This document shows, one piece after another, positions 52,121 through 62,433 of a stretch of 64,000 bases of DNA. Under the pieces are notes generated by a model that saw only the letters and a program-made list of their open reading frames with translations, ran no database searches and was not told the origin of the DNA. The translations under genes were made by a program, and so were the position numbers. Numbering within the stretch: position 1 is the stretch's first letter; each line of letters opens with the position of its first letter. The stretch is from an uncultured Candidatus Binatia bacterium (GTDB taxonomy: Bacteria; Desulfobacterota; Binatia; UBA9968; CAXXLF01), in contig OZ244621.1 of assembly GCA_965218425.1 (NCBI GenBank), positions 1,280,001 to 1,344,000 on the forward strand. Direction: 5' to 3'.

Positions 52121-55096
52121 TTATTCCTTCAGGTCCTTAGGCGGCACAAAACCACGGCGTAGGGTATTCTCACTGACGGCACGAGGCTCGAGAAACTGGA
52201 GGAGATAGTCTGGACCGCCCGCCTTGGACCCAATACCTGAGAGCTTGAGCCCTCCGAAGGGTTGGCGCTCTACGACGGCACCTGTAATTCCACGGTTGAT
52301 ATAGAGGTTTCCCACTCGGAATTGATTGCAGGCCTTTGCGATGTGAGCCGGTGAGCGAGAAAACACCCCTCCAGTTAGGGCATAGGAAGTACCGTTGGCT
52401 ATCTCCAGGGCGTGATCAAAATTTCGGGCCTTCATTATGCTGAGAACCGGGCCGAAGATTTCCTCCTGGGCCATCCGATGCTGAGGTTCGATCCCGGTGA
52501 AGATCGCTGGACCAACGAAGTACCCTTCTTTGGGTCCATCCGATTCAATCACGCAAGTTCCCTCGCTCTTCCCCAATTCGATGTAATCCCTGACCCTTTT
52601 ACATGCCGACTCGTCAATCAGGGGCCCAAGGAAACTCCCTCGATCTTCCGCGGAGCCGATTTTGAGGCTTTTGACGGCCTGCACCAGACGGTTCACCAGG
52701 CGATCATGAATTTCGTCCACTAAAATCAGCCGGGAGGCGGCCGAACATTTTTGGCCCTGGTATCCAAAGGCAGATTCTATGGTATAGGCTACAGCCTCAT
52801 CCAGGTCTGCATCCTCATCCACAATGATGGCGTTCTTGCCGCCCATCTCACACACCACTCGTTTGACTTCCTCCTGACCGGGTCGTAACACTGTGGCTTC
52901 ACGCAATATTTCCAGACCCACGTCACGGGAACCGGTAAAGGCAATAAGGTTCACTCCGGGATGGCGGACCAAACAGGCTCCCAAGTCGCCACCCCCCTCA
53001 AGGAGCTGACATGCCCTGGGCGGGAGACCGGCTTCGTGCAGAATAGTCATGAGATGCATCCCCAGTATTGGAGACTGCTCCGCCGGCTTCAATATGACAC
53101 AGTTGCCGGTAACCAGAGCTGCGGTGGTCATCCCCGTTGGTATAGCTAAGGGGAAATTCCACGGCGCGATGACCACGGCAACCCCTCTGGGTTGATAGAG
53201 GTGTAGATTGCTCTCACCTGGTATACGTTGGATGGCCTGTGGCTCACTCAGACGAAGCATCTCTCGACCATAATATTCAAGGTAATCAATAGCCTCCACC
53301 ACGTCCGCATCCGCCTCACGCCATCCCTTTCCCACCTCAAGGGTCTCCCAAGCTGCAAGCTCCAACCGCCTCTCACGCATGATGGATGCCGCACGAAAGA
53401 GGACTGAAGCGCGTTGCTTGGCGGGGGTAGCCTGCCATTCGGCAAAGAAATCTCGAGCCACATCAAGAGCTTCATCCGCCTCCTCGCGACCCGCCACGGG
53501 TACCCTGCCGACGATCTCCTCGGGTGAGGCCGGATTCACCGATGTCATCTCCTCTCCCGTTTTCCTTTCCTGTCCACCCACCCAAAGGGGATAGAACCGC
53601 CCCAATCTGGTCCTCACGGTACTCAGGGCCTGAACGTACCGGGAGCGAACCTCCGAACGTGAAAAGTCCAGCAACGGATCATTCTGGAATGGGGAAGGAT
53701 CCTCGGGATCAGTCACATCGTGAGCTGGAATTTGAAGTTCGGATGATGCGCCCCTCTCCGGCGAGGGGGCGCGGATGAGCGTTTCCACATCTCGCACTTC
53801 AGCAAAGGTCTGGCGCAAGAAAGAGGCGTTGGATGTGTTCTCCATGAGACGTCGAATCAGATAAGACATCCCTGGAATGAGCTCTCCCACTGGAACATAG
53901 ACACGGACACGAAAACCGCTTTGGACAATTGCCTGACGAATGGGCTCAGCCATTCCGTATAGCATCTGCATCTCATAACCATTATCTGGAATCCCCAACT
54001 CCCTGGCTGTGGCGATGCCATGGGCGATGCTACGGATATTGTGACTCCCCAATGCAAGGTCCACGATATCCCTATGCTCGAACAGCAGTCGCGTGGATCG
54101 TTCAAAGTTGGCATCGGTGGCAGCTTTGTCCAAATACACGGGAATAGGCCAGCTCTTCTGTTTGGCCCAGGCAATTTCACTGTCCCAGTAAGCGCCTTTG
54201 ACGAGACGGACGCCGATCCTGCGCCGGCGCCTTTTAGCCCAGTCGAGGAGCTCCTTGAGATCTCCCTCGCTGTCCAGGAGATAGGTCTGAAGCGCAATGG
54301 CGACCTGGGGTAGGTCCTTGAATTCATCCTCCTCCAGGAGTTCACGAAATATGGCTAGGGTAAGATCCTTGTAGGCATATTTTTCCATATCGACGGTGAG
54401 GGAAGCTCCAAGCAGGGTCCCTTCCCTGAAGATGGACCTGAGCCTGTTTTTCACCATCGTGCACGTGTCGGGATCCAGAGGATCGAAACGGGGACAGAGG
54501 GAAGAGAGCTTTACGGATACATTGACCACCGGGAGAGGGCCCTGCCAACCCGAATCGATCTGGGCGATGGAAGGCCATTTTTTCACCTCCGGTGCCAGAC
54601 TTTGCATAAGGTTGAGGTAGCGCCCCTGCATGGCGTCCGCTTCTTTGTCGCTTAACGTCGTCTCACCCACTACATCCAAAGTGAAGGCGGAAGGTTCTTG
54701 CCGTAATTTCATTAATACAGGAACCAACGAGTCGTTTCCTTCCTCGACGATGAACCTGCGGGCAAGGCGAACCACGTTTTGGCGCACCACCGGCGCTACC
54801 AACCATCCCGCGTGCAGGGTCTGGGCAAGAAAAACCAATCCGCTCAAGGCATGGTCCACCCGGCCAAAGTACTCACGTAGATGGCGGCCGATTTCTGCTG
54901 CCGAATCCAGGCTCGGAAGGACATCCACGAAGCGAAAAAGAGCAACCCGCAAATCCTCATCCTTGAGAGACCAGTCAATCATTCGACCCATCCAGTCCTG
55001 GGGATCAAAAAGGAAGGGCTTCTGCTCCGCCGCCTTCGTATAAAGGGAGCGCGCTAATTCCTGGATCTCTTTTTCCCGACCAGCTAAATCTTCCAT
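52121..55096 (-). CDS. putA: Bifunctional proline dehydrogenase / P5C dehydrogenase (short type, no DNA-binding domain)
   Basis: LFRFVDVLP, RLVKGAYWD, YLIRRLMENTSN, PWNFP, FTGS, EMGGKN, GQKCSA, EEIFGP. Confidence 0.96.
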   Translation of the reverse strand: MEDLAGREKEIQELARSLYTKAAEQKPFLFDPQDWMGRMIDWSLKDEDLRVALFRFVDVLPSLDSAAEIGRHLREYFGRVDHALSGLVFLAQTLHAGWLVAPVVRQNVVRLARRFIVEEGNDSLVPVLMKLRQEPSAFTLDVVGETTLSDKEADAMQGRYLNLMQSLAPEVKKWPSIAQIDSGWQGPLPVVNVSVKLSSLCPRFDPLDPDTCTMVKNRLRSIFREGTLLGASLTVDMEKYAYKDLTLAIFRELLEEDEFKDLPQVAIALQTYLLDSEGDLKELLDWAKRRRRRIGVRLVKGAYWDSEIAWAKQKSWPIPVYLDKAATDANFERSTRLLFEHRDIVDLALGSHNIRSIAHGIATARELGIPDNGYEMQMLYGMAEPIRQAIVQSGFRVRVYVPVGELIPGMSYLIRRLMENTSNASFLRQTFAEVRDVETLIRAPSPERGASSELQIPAHDVTDPEDPSPFQNDPLLDFSRSEVRSRYVQALSTVRTRLGRFYPLWVGGQERKTGEEMTSVNPASPEEIVGRVPVAGREEADEALDVARDFFAEWQATPAKQRASVLFRAASIMRERRLELAAWETLEVGKGWREADADVVEAIDYLEYYGREMLRLSEPQAIQRIPGESNLHLYQPRGVAVVIAPWNFPLAIPTGMTTAALVTGNCVILKPAEQSPILGMHLMTILHEAGLPPRACQLLEGGGDLGACLVRHPGVNLIAFTGSRDVGLEILREATVLRPGQEEVKRVVCEMGGKNAIIVDEDADLDEAVAYTIESAFGYQGQKCSAASRLILVDEIHDRLVNRLVQAVKSLKIGSAEDRGSFLGPLIDESACKRVRDYIELGKSEGTCVIESDGPKEGYFVGPAIFTGIEPQHRMAQEEIFGPVLSIMKARNFDHALEIANGTSYALTGGVFSRSPAHIAKACNQFRVGNLYINRGITGAVVERQPFGGLKLSGIGSKAGGPDYLLQFLEPRAVSENTLRRGFVPPKDLKE

Positions 55097-55354
55097 AAAA
55101 AGAACACCCGTTGATAGATATTTTAGTACTATTTGGCGGGATCCGTAAGAGGAAAATTTGGTCCTGCAAGTGCCCACACCGCTCAGTCGTATGCCATTCG
55201 TCAGTTTGCAGTTTTGGGCGAAGGGGGCCCGGCCTGAAAAAAGCGCGGCGTCCCACAGGATGCCTGGTTTCGGCCTTGACAATACCGGGGCTTCGATTAT
55301 TACATCCTATTTAATTCATAATTCCTTAATTCAGACGAAAGAGGAGGGTCAGCC

Positions 55355-55786
55355 ATGGAAGCTGCTACATTCAAAATCAAAACACCCCGTCTGACAGGAG
55401 GACGCAGCCACACGCCTCTGGCTCGAACCAAGCTAGCTGTAATCGGGCTCAACTATTACGTACCCGGACGCAAAAACACTCTACACACCCATCCCGGGGA
55501 GGATCACGCCTTTGTGGTCCTGGAGGGTGAAGCGACGTTCCACGATAAGGCTGGCAACGAAACGCTGCTAACAAAGGGCGAGGGAGTCATGCTCCCAGAG
55601 GGATGGCATTACTGGTTTCAAAATACGGGTAATACACCCCTGGCCTTGCTCCGTTTCAGCGCCCTCAAAGGTGATCCGAAGGTTAAGCGGATTGACGCGA
55701 AGGGCAGAACAAGAGAAGATCACGAACAAGACTACGCCGCTGTGGATGGAGAGCCTATGGAGGGCCAGTATTGGGAATTTTCCTGA
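55355..55786 (+). CDS. Cupin domain protein
   Basis: HTHPGEDH...VLEG...HYWF. Confidence 0.85.
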   Translation: MEAATFKIKTPRLTGGRSHTPLARTKLAVIGLNYYVPGRKNTLHTHPGEDHAFVVLEGEATFHDKAGNETLLTKGEGVMLPEGWHYWFQNTGNTPLALLRFSALKGDPKVKRIDAKGRTREDHEQDYAAVDGEPMEGQYWEFS

Positions 55787-55846
55787 TCTTTTCACTGATT
55801 TTCCTGGGGGCGATCGGAATCATCTCACTGCCACGGGTGATAACCG

Positions 55847-56990
55847 GTGAAGATCACTGACGTTAAAACCTTCCGACTCCGAGCGTCCCTTCCTTTGGAT
55901 AAGCAATTCCGGCCTCGTAGCGGGCAGAGACGTTACCGGTCGGCGTTTTTGCTTCAAGTGGAAACCGATGAAGGAGTCACGGGACTCGGCTCCTGTTCCG
56001 GTAATGGAACTATCCTGGAAGCCATCGTTTCAAGGGTGTTGAAGCCTATCCTGCTGGGTAGAGACCCCTGTTCCCTAGCAGAGCTTTGGGAAAGGTGCTG
56101 GGGTATGGCTATTCGGTTCTAGAGGCATCGGCGTGGCGGCGCTGAGCGGCGTCGACATCGCCCTGTGGGACATCCTTGGCAAAGTGAACAATGCCCCCAT
56201 CCATAAGCTGCTCAGCAACTCGCCTCGGGAGAGGATCGAACTCTATGCAACGGCCCTGTACCCTGATCGAAGTGGGGGAGACGTTGAGAAAGCATTGTCC
56301 TTGGCGGCGAAGGGATTTCGGGGTGTAAAAATCAAACTGGGCTTCGACCTGAACTCGGATCTAGAGAGGGTTCGTGCTGTCCGCGCCGCGGTGGGAGAGG
56401 AGTTTCCCCTGATGACCGATGCCAACATGGGCTACGACCTCAACATGGCTCTGAGAGCCGCGCCTATCCTCCAAGAGTGCAGCGTCGACTGGCTCGAGGA
56501 ACCCCTCTTCGTAGAGGATCTTGACGGACACGCCCAGCTACGGTCCAGTTCCCCGGTTCCCATTGCATTGGGAGAGAACCTTCACACACAGTTTGCGTTT
56601 CAAGAATATATCGTCAGAGGAGCGGTGGACATCTTGCAACCTGATGTGGCCCGCGCTGGAGGTATTAGCGAACTGAAAGAAATTGGGGCTCTAGGGGAAA
56701 AACACGGACTGCCTATCTCTCTACATACCTACGGCGATGCGGCGGGTCTCGCCGCGAGTGCCCATGTGGCTGCGGCGCTAAAAAACAGCACGGTCATGGA
56801 ACTGGACTGTACCTATAACCCGTTGCAGACAGCTCTTCTAACGGAGCCGTTCAAGATTCAAGATGGGACCCTTATTCCTCCTCAGGGTCCCGGCCTGGGG
56901 ATCGAATTGGACCCGGACAAATTAGAGAAATTTCAGTGCACAGGCGAGGATGACGTGAGTTTGAGAGAAGCGCCCCTGCGGACCCTTTAG
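55847..56990 (+). pseudogene. Mandelate racemase/muconate lactonizing enzyme family protein, frameshifted at ~56095
   Basis: MKITDV..VETDEGVTGLG in one frame; AGVWLFGSRGIGVAALSGVDIALWD, KIKLG, DAN, WLEEP, GE, QPD in another. Confidence 0.85.
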
Positions 56991-57051
56991 ATCTTGCAAT
57001 TAAAGCAAATGATATTGGGAGTGATTCGTTTTACGCTGAAAGGAGCAGACA

Positions 57052-58167
57052 GTGTCTGATTACCGGATCATTGATGCAGACGGCCACGTAATGGAGTTGG
57101 ACGAGCAACTGCGTGACTATATCGGAAGCCCCTACAAGGATCTCGAATGGCATCGCAGTTATTCCTTTTGGCCCGGCTTAAATATGGACGGTTATCTTCG
57201 GGCGCTCAGGAAGTCAGGCGGCTGGGCCGGAGGGGGCTCCGGCCCCAACGCCCAGCATTGGCTTGATTTTCTGGATAAAAATAACATTGAGGTGACGGTT
57301 CTCTATCCCACCCAAGGGCTAACCCATGGTGCCATCCAGGACAGAGATTGGGCGGTTACATTGGCTCGGGCTTACAACGATTGGCTACACGAAAGGTTCA
57401 TGAGTGCCAGCGAACGTCTGGTGGGAGTTGCCCTTCTCCCGGTACAGGATATCAGCGAGGCAGTTAAGGAGCTTCGGCGTTGCGTCACCCGGTTGGGAAT
57501 GGTGGGCGGGGTGTTGCCCTCGGTAACTGCAACGGGACTGTTATTCGGCGCGCCGGAATTTTACCCCCTATGGGAAGAGGCTGAGCGACTCGACGTCCCC
57601 ATATCGCCCCACGGTGGACTTAGCTTTCCCAACCTTGGTCTCGATCTCGCGAGCAACTTTACGGTTGCGCACTGTCTCGAGCACCCCTTTGCCCAAATGC
57701 GCCAGATGGTCAGCGCCATTTTTGAGGGAGTCTTCGAGCTCTACCCCAAGCTCCGCTTCGGCGTTCTCGAGTGCGGCATTGGCTGGGTCCCCTATATGAT
57801 GGATCGAATGGATGAGGAAATGGAACGCAAGGGACAGTACTCCCCTCGTTGCACGTCAAAACCTAGTGAATACCTGCGCCGTGGAAACATCTTCTTTGCC
57901 GCTGAGGTGGAAGAAATCGCATTGCCCCTGGCAGCAAAAGTGCTTCCCGAGGAAATCATCATCTGGGCATCGGACTATCCCCATGAGCGAGACCAGAGGG
58001 ACTTCAGTCAAGACATCCCAAAACTGAAGGGCCGGAAAGATATCAGTGAACGCTTAAAGCAGAAGATTCTTTTCGACAACGCCCTGCGTTTCTATCCGCG
58101 GCTAAGCAGGCGAATTGAAGCAAACCGCTCCGAGATCCGCCCTAGGGTCCCTTCTCCCGCTCACTAA
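57052..58167 (+). CDS. Amidohydrolase_2 family protein
   Basis: IDADGH, ARAYNDW, LECGIGW, WASDYPH, DNA. Confidence 0.92.
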   Translation: MSDYRIIDADGHVMELDEQLRDYIGSPYKDLEWHRSYSFWPGLNMDGYLRALRKSGGWAGGGSGPNAQHWLDFLDKNNIEVTVLYPTQGLTHGAIQDRDWAVTLARAYNDWLHERFMSASERLVGVALLPVQDISEAVKELRRCVTRLGMVGGVLPSVTATGLLFGAPEFYPLWEEAERLDVPISPHGGLSFPNLGLDLASNFTVAHCLEHPFAQMRQMVSAIFEGVFELYPKLRFGVLECGIGWVPYMMDRMDEEMERKGQYSPRCTSKPSEYLRRGNIFFAAEVEEIALPLAAKVLPEEIIIWASDYPHERDQRDFSQDIPKLKGRKDISERLKQKILFDNALRFYPRLSRRIEANRSEIRPRVPSPAH

Positions 58168-58324
58168 GCGGGACCTGAGACTACACAGCTATTCAATCAC
58201 TCTTTTGGATGGGATCTCAGTGTGGGAATTCACGAAGTCCCGAGCGTTGTCCAGGATGGTGGCATAGGGATGGGAACTTCGATGTGATCAAAACTTTTGC
58301 TTTGGCGCGCCCCTCACGGGGATC

Positions 58325-58414
58325 TGATCAAAGGTTCCTTATGCAAGGCGCGGCAACGGTCTCCTCGAGTATGTTGGCGACATTATAAGCGGGCATGATA
58401 GCCACACGCCTCAT
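58325..58414 (-). pseudogene. Short glycosyltransferase family 2 N-terminal remnant
   Basis: MRRVAIMPAYNVANILEETVA, then the frame is lost. Confidence 0.5.
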
Positions 58415-58489
58415 TGGACATCACATACAATGAGCAATCGAAAAACCGTCGGCCATTGGGGGCTGGATGTAAGATTCCGTCGGTAAAAT

Positions 58490-59341
58490 TCAACTATAAA
58501 GGACCTTGGCAAGTTCCGAGCGGTACCGATCCGTTAACTGGTGTTGATGGCCCAGGACCTCAAAGATTTGCAGCATTGCCTTTCGGGCCCCGCCGTCTTG
58601 GAAGTCCTTTTGTTGCTTCATAACGGTCAAAAATTCTGACAGCGCCTCGTCGTACCTCTCGAAAGCTGCCAGGACAGAGCCGAGTTTAAATCGCGTATTC
58701 AAGTCGTTTGGATTCGCCTCTAGTGTAGCGCGAAGGGTGGATTCATCCTCTCCAATACCTTCTCTGAGTTTTTGACGCGCAATGAGTCTGTCGGCCTCCT
58801 CTCGCTCTGGTGCCGTCAGGGGTACCCTCTCAAGAAAACCCTTCCCCTCCCCGTCATCCCTCGCAATCACCAGGCGGCCCACGGCCAATAGGGCCCCAGC
58901 GTGTTGGGGTATCGCCTGGAGAACCTCTTCGTACACGGCCTGGGCTTCGTCCTGCTTGCCTTGATCCTCCAAGGATTTACCCTCACGGACACGAATGTCC
59001 GCCTCTGAAGGCAGGACCCGGGAAAGCATTTCTCGTACGGCATCTTCGGGCAACGCGCCGGTGAACTCATCGGCGATCTTCCCGTCCTTGAAGAGCTTCA
59101 CCGCCGGAATCCCCTGAATCCGAAACAGACTAGCCAGGCCCTGGTTCTCGTCCACATTCACTTTGGCCAGGACGAAGGCTCCCATGTGCTCCTCCGCCAG
59201 GCCCTCTAATACCGGTCCCAGGACTCGACAGGGCCCGCACCACGAAGCCCAGAAATCAACCATCACAGGTATTTCACGGGATCGATCCAGCACTTCCGCT
59301 TCAAAATCGGATTCACCAACCTCTATGGTCCACTGGTTCAT
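58490..59341 (-). CDS. Thioredoxin-TPR chaperedoxin (CnoX/YbbN-like) with intact WCGPC
   Basis: [17 protein letters not shown]-terminal [10 protein letters not shown]. Confidence 0.9.
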   Translation of the reverse strand: MNQWTIEVGESDFEAEVLDRSREIPVMVDFWASWCGPCRVLGPVLEGLAEEHMGAFVLAKVNVDENQGLASLFRIQGIPAVKLFKDGKIADEFTGALPEDAVREMLSRVLPSEADIRVREGKSLEDQGKQDEAQAVYEEVLQAIPQHAGALLAVGRLVIARDDGEGKGFLERVPLTAPEREEADRLIARQKLREGIGEDESTLRATLEANPNDLNTRFKLGSVLAAFERYDEALSEFLTVMKQQKDFQDGGARKAMLQIFEVLGHQHQLTDRYRSELAKVLYS

Positions 59342-59370
59342 GATTTATGAATGTCCTTGGAAAATTAAGG

Positions 59371-59877
59371 TTAGCCTCGCTTCTCCTTTCTCGGAAAACC
59401 CTCGGGGTCAAAACTGGCGCCGTTCAGGGCAAAGGTCCGTTCCACCGGCGTCGGTTGGAGAATGGTCTGCATCACATAGCAGCCCTTCTCCGAATTTCGT
59501 ACTAGTGCGGCTACCCGCTCCGGCGCCTCCTGGGAATCCAGCTCCAGGTGGGTTTCAAATCCCACCCCGTTTGCCTGTACTGTTTCGGCCAGCACAGAGC
59601 CTTCACTCTTGAACCTGGCTTTCACGGAAACACGGGCCCTTTCAATCTTTGTCTTCATCATTTCCCCGTACCGGGAAATTTGGGTGAGTAGTCAAAAGGC
59701 CAGTGCCAACCCAAAATAGGCCAGCGGAGGAGGTGCCGTATTTTCGCCCCCGATCCGTTCCCCCTCGTCACAGTAAACGGTAAACCCCCTGGCGTGACCC
59801 TCTTTGCGCATTTTCTCAAGGGTCTCCGCGTCCGCTTCCATCTGGATCTCTCGCTTGACGGCAATATCCTCTGTCAT
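59371..59877 (-). CDS. OsmC/Ohr-family peroxiredoxin, predicted selenoprotein (Sec62, UGA at 59694-59692), 168 aa
   Basis: ORFs 59692..59877 and 59371..59661 share one frame separated only by TGA: DE...GG..TAPPPLAYFGLALAF-U-LLTQ ... EKGCYV; GGAGG RBS; SECIS-like hairpin. Confidence 0.88.
59660..59679 (-). promoter_or_regulatory. Candidate SECIS hairpin of the OsmC-like gene
   Basis: ATTTCCCG-GTA-CGGGGAAAT (one bulged G); loop G is 20 nt after the UGA. Confidence 0.7.
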
Positions 59878-60072
59878 TGGTTGTTACCTCCCTTGGTTCA
59901 AGATTTCGAAGGGAAGCCTAGCGCAAAGGTCGGATGGGGTCAATTGCGTAGCGTCACTCCAAGTGTTATAAATCGCGGGACTTTGCTGGAACTTTGGATT
60001 ATGGAAGGCAGCACTCAGCCAAACGCAAAGCGCATGGCGCAAAGCGTTAAATGCAATGTGCCAAGAGTAAAT

Positions 60073-60170
60073 AACCGCAGGTTTTCACTGATTGACACAG
60101 ATCAAAAGAACTGGTTTTTGGCCAGATGGGCCAGAAAATGATCTGTGGAAGTCTGCGTGAATCTGCGATT
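60073..60170. repeat. Inverted pair of degenerate decamer triplets
   Basis: AACCGCAGGT TTTCACTGAT TGACACAGAT ... ATCTGTGGAA GTCTGCGTGA ATCTGCGATT; same family as 32010. Confidence 0.65.
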
Positions 60171-60226
60171 AGTTTCTTAAAGAGTCTTTTGTCTCTCTCC
60201 ATCTGCGGTCAGATTAGTTAGAGTCC

Positions 60227-60706
60227 ATGGCTAAACGCCACCCAAGCCTAGCACCCCTTTCCCACGACCATCATCACGCGCTGGCGTTGGCCATTCGCTG
60301 CCGCAAGCATGGTCTGGGTCAACTCAAACCGGGGGATCCAGAGGCCGTGAAAGGGCTTGCCATAGAAGTTAAAAACTTTTTTCGGCAAAGTCTCAAGCCG
60401 CACTTTGAAGCGGAAGAAAAGGTCCTCTTCCCGCTGATAAAACTACACTCCAGTGATGACGGTGAATCATTGATTTCAGCACTGCTAAGCGATCATGAAC
60501 GGATCGGCGCCACTATAACCGCGTTGGAAAAGGAGTCCGCATTGTCCAAGACCCTATTCGACCTGGGGGATCTCCTGGATCGTCACATCCGCCAGGAAGA
60601 GCGTGTCCTCTTTCCCATCTTCGAGCAAGCCGTCCCCGACGGTCCCGCAGAACAAGCCGGCCTGGAGCTGAAGAGAATTCTTCGACCCATACGGAAAGGA
60701 CGGTAG
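60227..60706 (+). CDS. Hemerythrin-like (HHE) domain protein
   Basis: LSHDHHH, HFEAEE, DHERI, HIRQEE. Confidence 0.88.
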   Translation: MAKRHPSLAPLSHDHHHALALAIRCRKHGLGQLKPGDPEAVKGLAIEVKNFFRQSLKPHFEAEEKVLFPLIKLHSSDDGESLISALLSDHERIGATITALEKESALSKTLFDLGDLLDRHIRQEERVLFPIFEQAVPDGPAEQAGLELKRILRPIRKGR

Positions 60707-60749
60707 GAACCGACGAGGGGAAATCAGGACGCTATGCGATCTGCTCCCC

Positions 60750-60863
60750 GCAGTCCTCGATCTTCTATCCTCGAATCTCAATCTTCCCGCTCAGTCCTCA
60801 GCACTCGTTACTGACTTCGCATTGGCCCATTGCCCACGGCTTGAGAACTCGCTGATCGAGGAG
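60750..60863 (+). repeat. Composite dispersed intergenic repeat, copy C
   Basis: TCCTCGA-type heptamers, then TCAGTCCTCAGCACTCGTTACTGACTTCGCATTGGCCCATTGCCCACGGCTTGAGAACTCGCTGATCGAGGAG. Confidence 0.75.
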
Positions 60864-60904
60864 GGAAAGCGCTCGGCCCGAGGGCGCCTGGTTGTGTCGC
60901 TTGT

Positions 60905-61966
60905 CTAGGCCCTCACATAATCCTTCATGTAAAGATCCAGTAGAGCCATTAGGAGGGTAACAATCATCGGACCTAGAATCAGCCCAATGATACCGAACAA
61001 TTTTAGACCGCCCAAAATGCTGAAGAATAAAATCAGGATGGGCAGTCGAAGGCGGTTGCCAATCAACAGGGGCTTGAGGAAGTTATCGATGGACCCCACA
61101 ATGAGCCAGCCCCAGAAGAATAGGGCGACACCTCTCCACAAAGGGCCATCAACAAAACCCAGATAGATGGAAGTGGGCAACCACACAAGCAAAGAGCCAC
61201 CGATGGGAAAAAGGGCGGCAAAGGCGGTGGTCACTGCCAGGACGATATAAAAGGGAACCTCCAAAAACCAGTATCCCAAGCCAGCGAGCAGACCCTGAAT
61301 CATGGCCGTAATCAGGGCACCATGAATCACCGCAAAAAGGGCGTTGGCGATATTTTGAAAGAGATGGTCCTTATGTTCCTGATCCATGGGCAAGAGGGAA
61401 TGGATCCTATTGACAAGGGCCTGGCCATCCCGCAGCATAAAAAAGAGTGTGAAAAGAGCAGTGATAAAGTTAACGGTGAACAGGAAAACGTTCTGCGCAA
61501 CGGCTTTGACCTGGGAGGCCAGAAACGCAGAGGCGGATTGGGCCCCTTGGGCGATGGATTGTCTGAGATCAATATCGAAGAACTCGAGTTCGGCGGAGAC
61601 CGATTCCCACCCACTGATCACTCTCTGGACCCAGGGGGTTCCTCTCCAAGCCTCAATTTCAGCACTCTCAACAGAGGACCGCATGGTCTTGGCTAATTCC
61701 ACTGTCTCCTGTGTTAAGAATACGGAGACCCTCAGGGCGGGGACAACGATGAGGAATATAATAAGAACGGTAAGTATGAGGGCAGCCAATGTTGCCCGCC
61801 CCTTCAGAATTTTCAACAGCCATTTATAAAAGGGATAAACGATCATCGCGAGTATGGCTGCCCAGGCGACGGCTTGGAGAAAGGGGCTAAAGATTAAATA
61901 GGCCAGGTAGAGGATCACCAGCAACAGTACAAAGAAAAAGACAGTAACAAGCCAATTCTGATTCAC
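60905..61966 (-). CDS. AI-2E family transporter
   Basis: Multiple TM helices, FFMLRDG, IDNFLKP, GLILGP. Confidence 0.92.
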   Translation of the reverse strand: MNQNWLVTVFFFVLLLVILYLAYLIFSPFLQAVAWAAILAMIVYPFYKWLLKILKGRATLAALILTVLIIFLIVVPALRVSVFLTQETVELAKTMRSSVESAEIEAWRGTPWVQRVISGWESVSAELEFFDIDLRQSIAQGAQSASAFLASQVKAVAQNVFLFTVNFITALFTLFFMLRDGQALVNRIHSLLPMDQEHKDHLFQNIANALFAVIHGALITAMIQGLLAGLGYWFLEVPFYIVLAVTTAFAALFPIGGSLLVWLPTSIYLGFVDGPLWRGVALFFWGWLIVGSIDNFLKPLLIGNRLRLPILILFFSILGGLKLFGIIGLILGPMIVTLLMALLDLYMKDYVRA

Positions 61967-62205
61967 GAGATGCTTCTCCTAGACTTTTATTTCTTTCTTA
62001 TTGCAAAGACACGCCGTATTTGCCAAATACAGGTTGAATGCAAATGAACCCCTTACCACGGGCCTACACCTTTGGTTTTGGGGCGCTGCTGCGGTGAACC
62101 ATTATACACGACTGACACGAGCGGTCTCTAGCGAGAAATTACTCTTCTGGGGAATTCCAAAACATTCATGCCTTCGCTCACGCGTGGGGCTTTAGGTGGT
62201 ACGGG

Positions 62206-62415
62206 GTGAAAACGAAGACTGCCATTATTTCTATTGATGACCTAGATTCTGAGTCTGCTCCAAAGTTGACCGCATTGCTCAACGGCGTTCCCGGAGTCGA
62301 AACCGTCAATCTCAGCTTGGAGCGAAAGGTGGCGGTCGTTGAATTTGACCCGGAGCAAACTCAAGTGGATGACCTGCTTCGAGCCGTACTAAAAGAAGGA
62401 TACCACGTATCGTAA
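62206..62415 (+). CDS. HMA-fold (CopZ-like) protein without cysteines
   Basis: VPGVETVNLSLE..AVVEFDP...AV..EGY. Confidence 0.75.
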   Translation: MKTKTAIISIDDLDSESAPKLTALLNGVPGVETVNLSLERKVAVVEFDPEQTQVDDLLRAVLKEGYHVS

Positions 62416-62433
62416 GTTGCTTCACTAAAAGAA

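Noticed and set aside
55097..55282. N-terminal extension of PutA in the ORF track
   Set aside because: Non-homologous sequence in the divergent promoter region; ATG 55096 gives the expected size for the short type.
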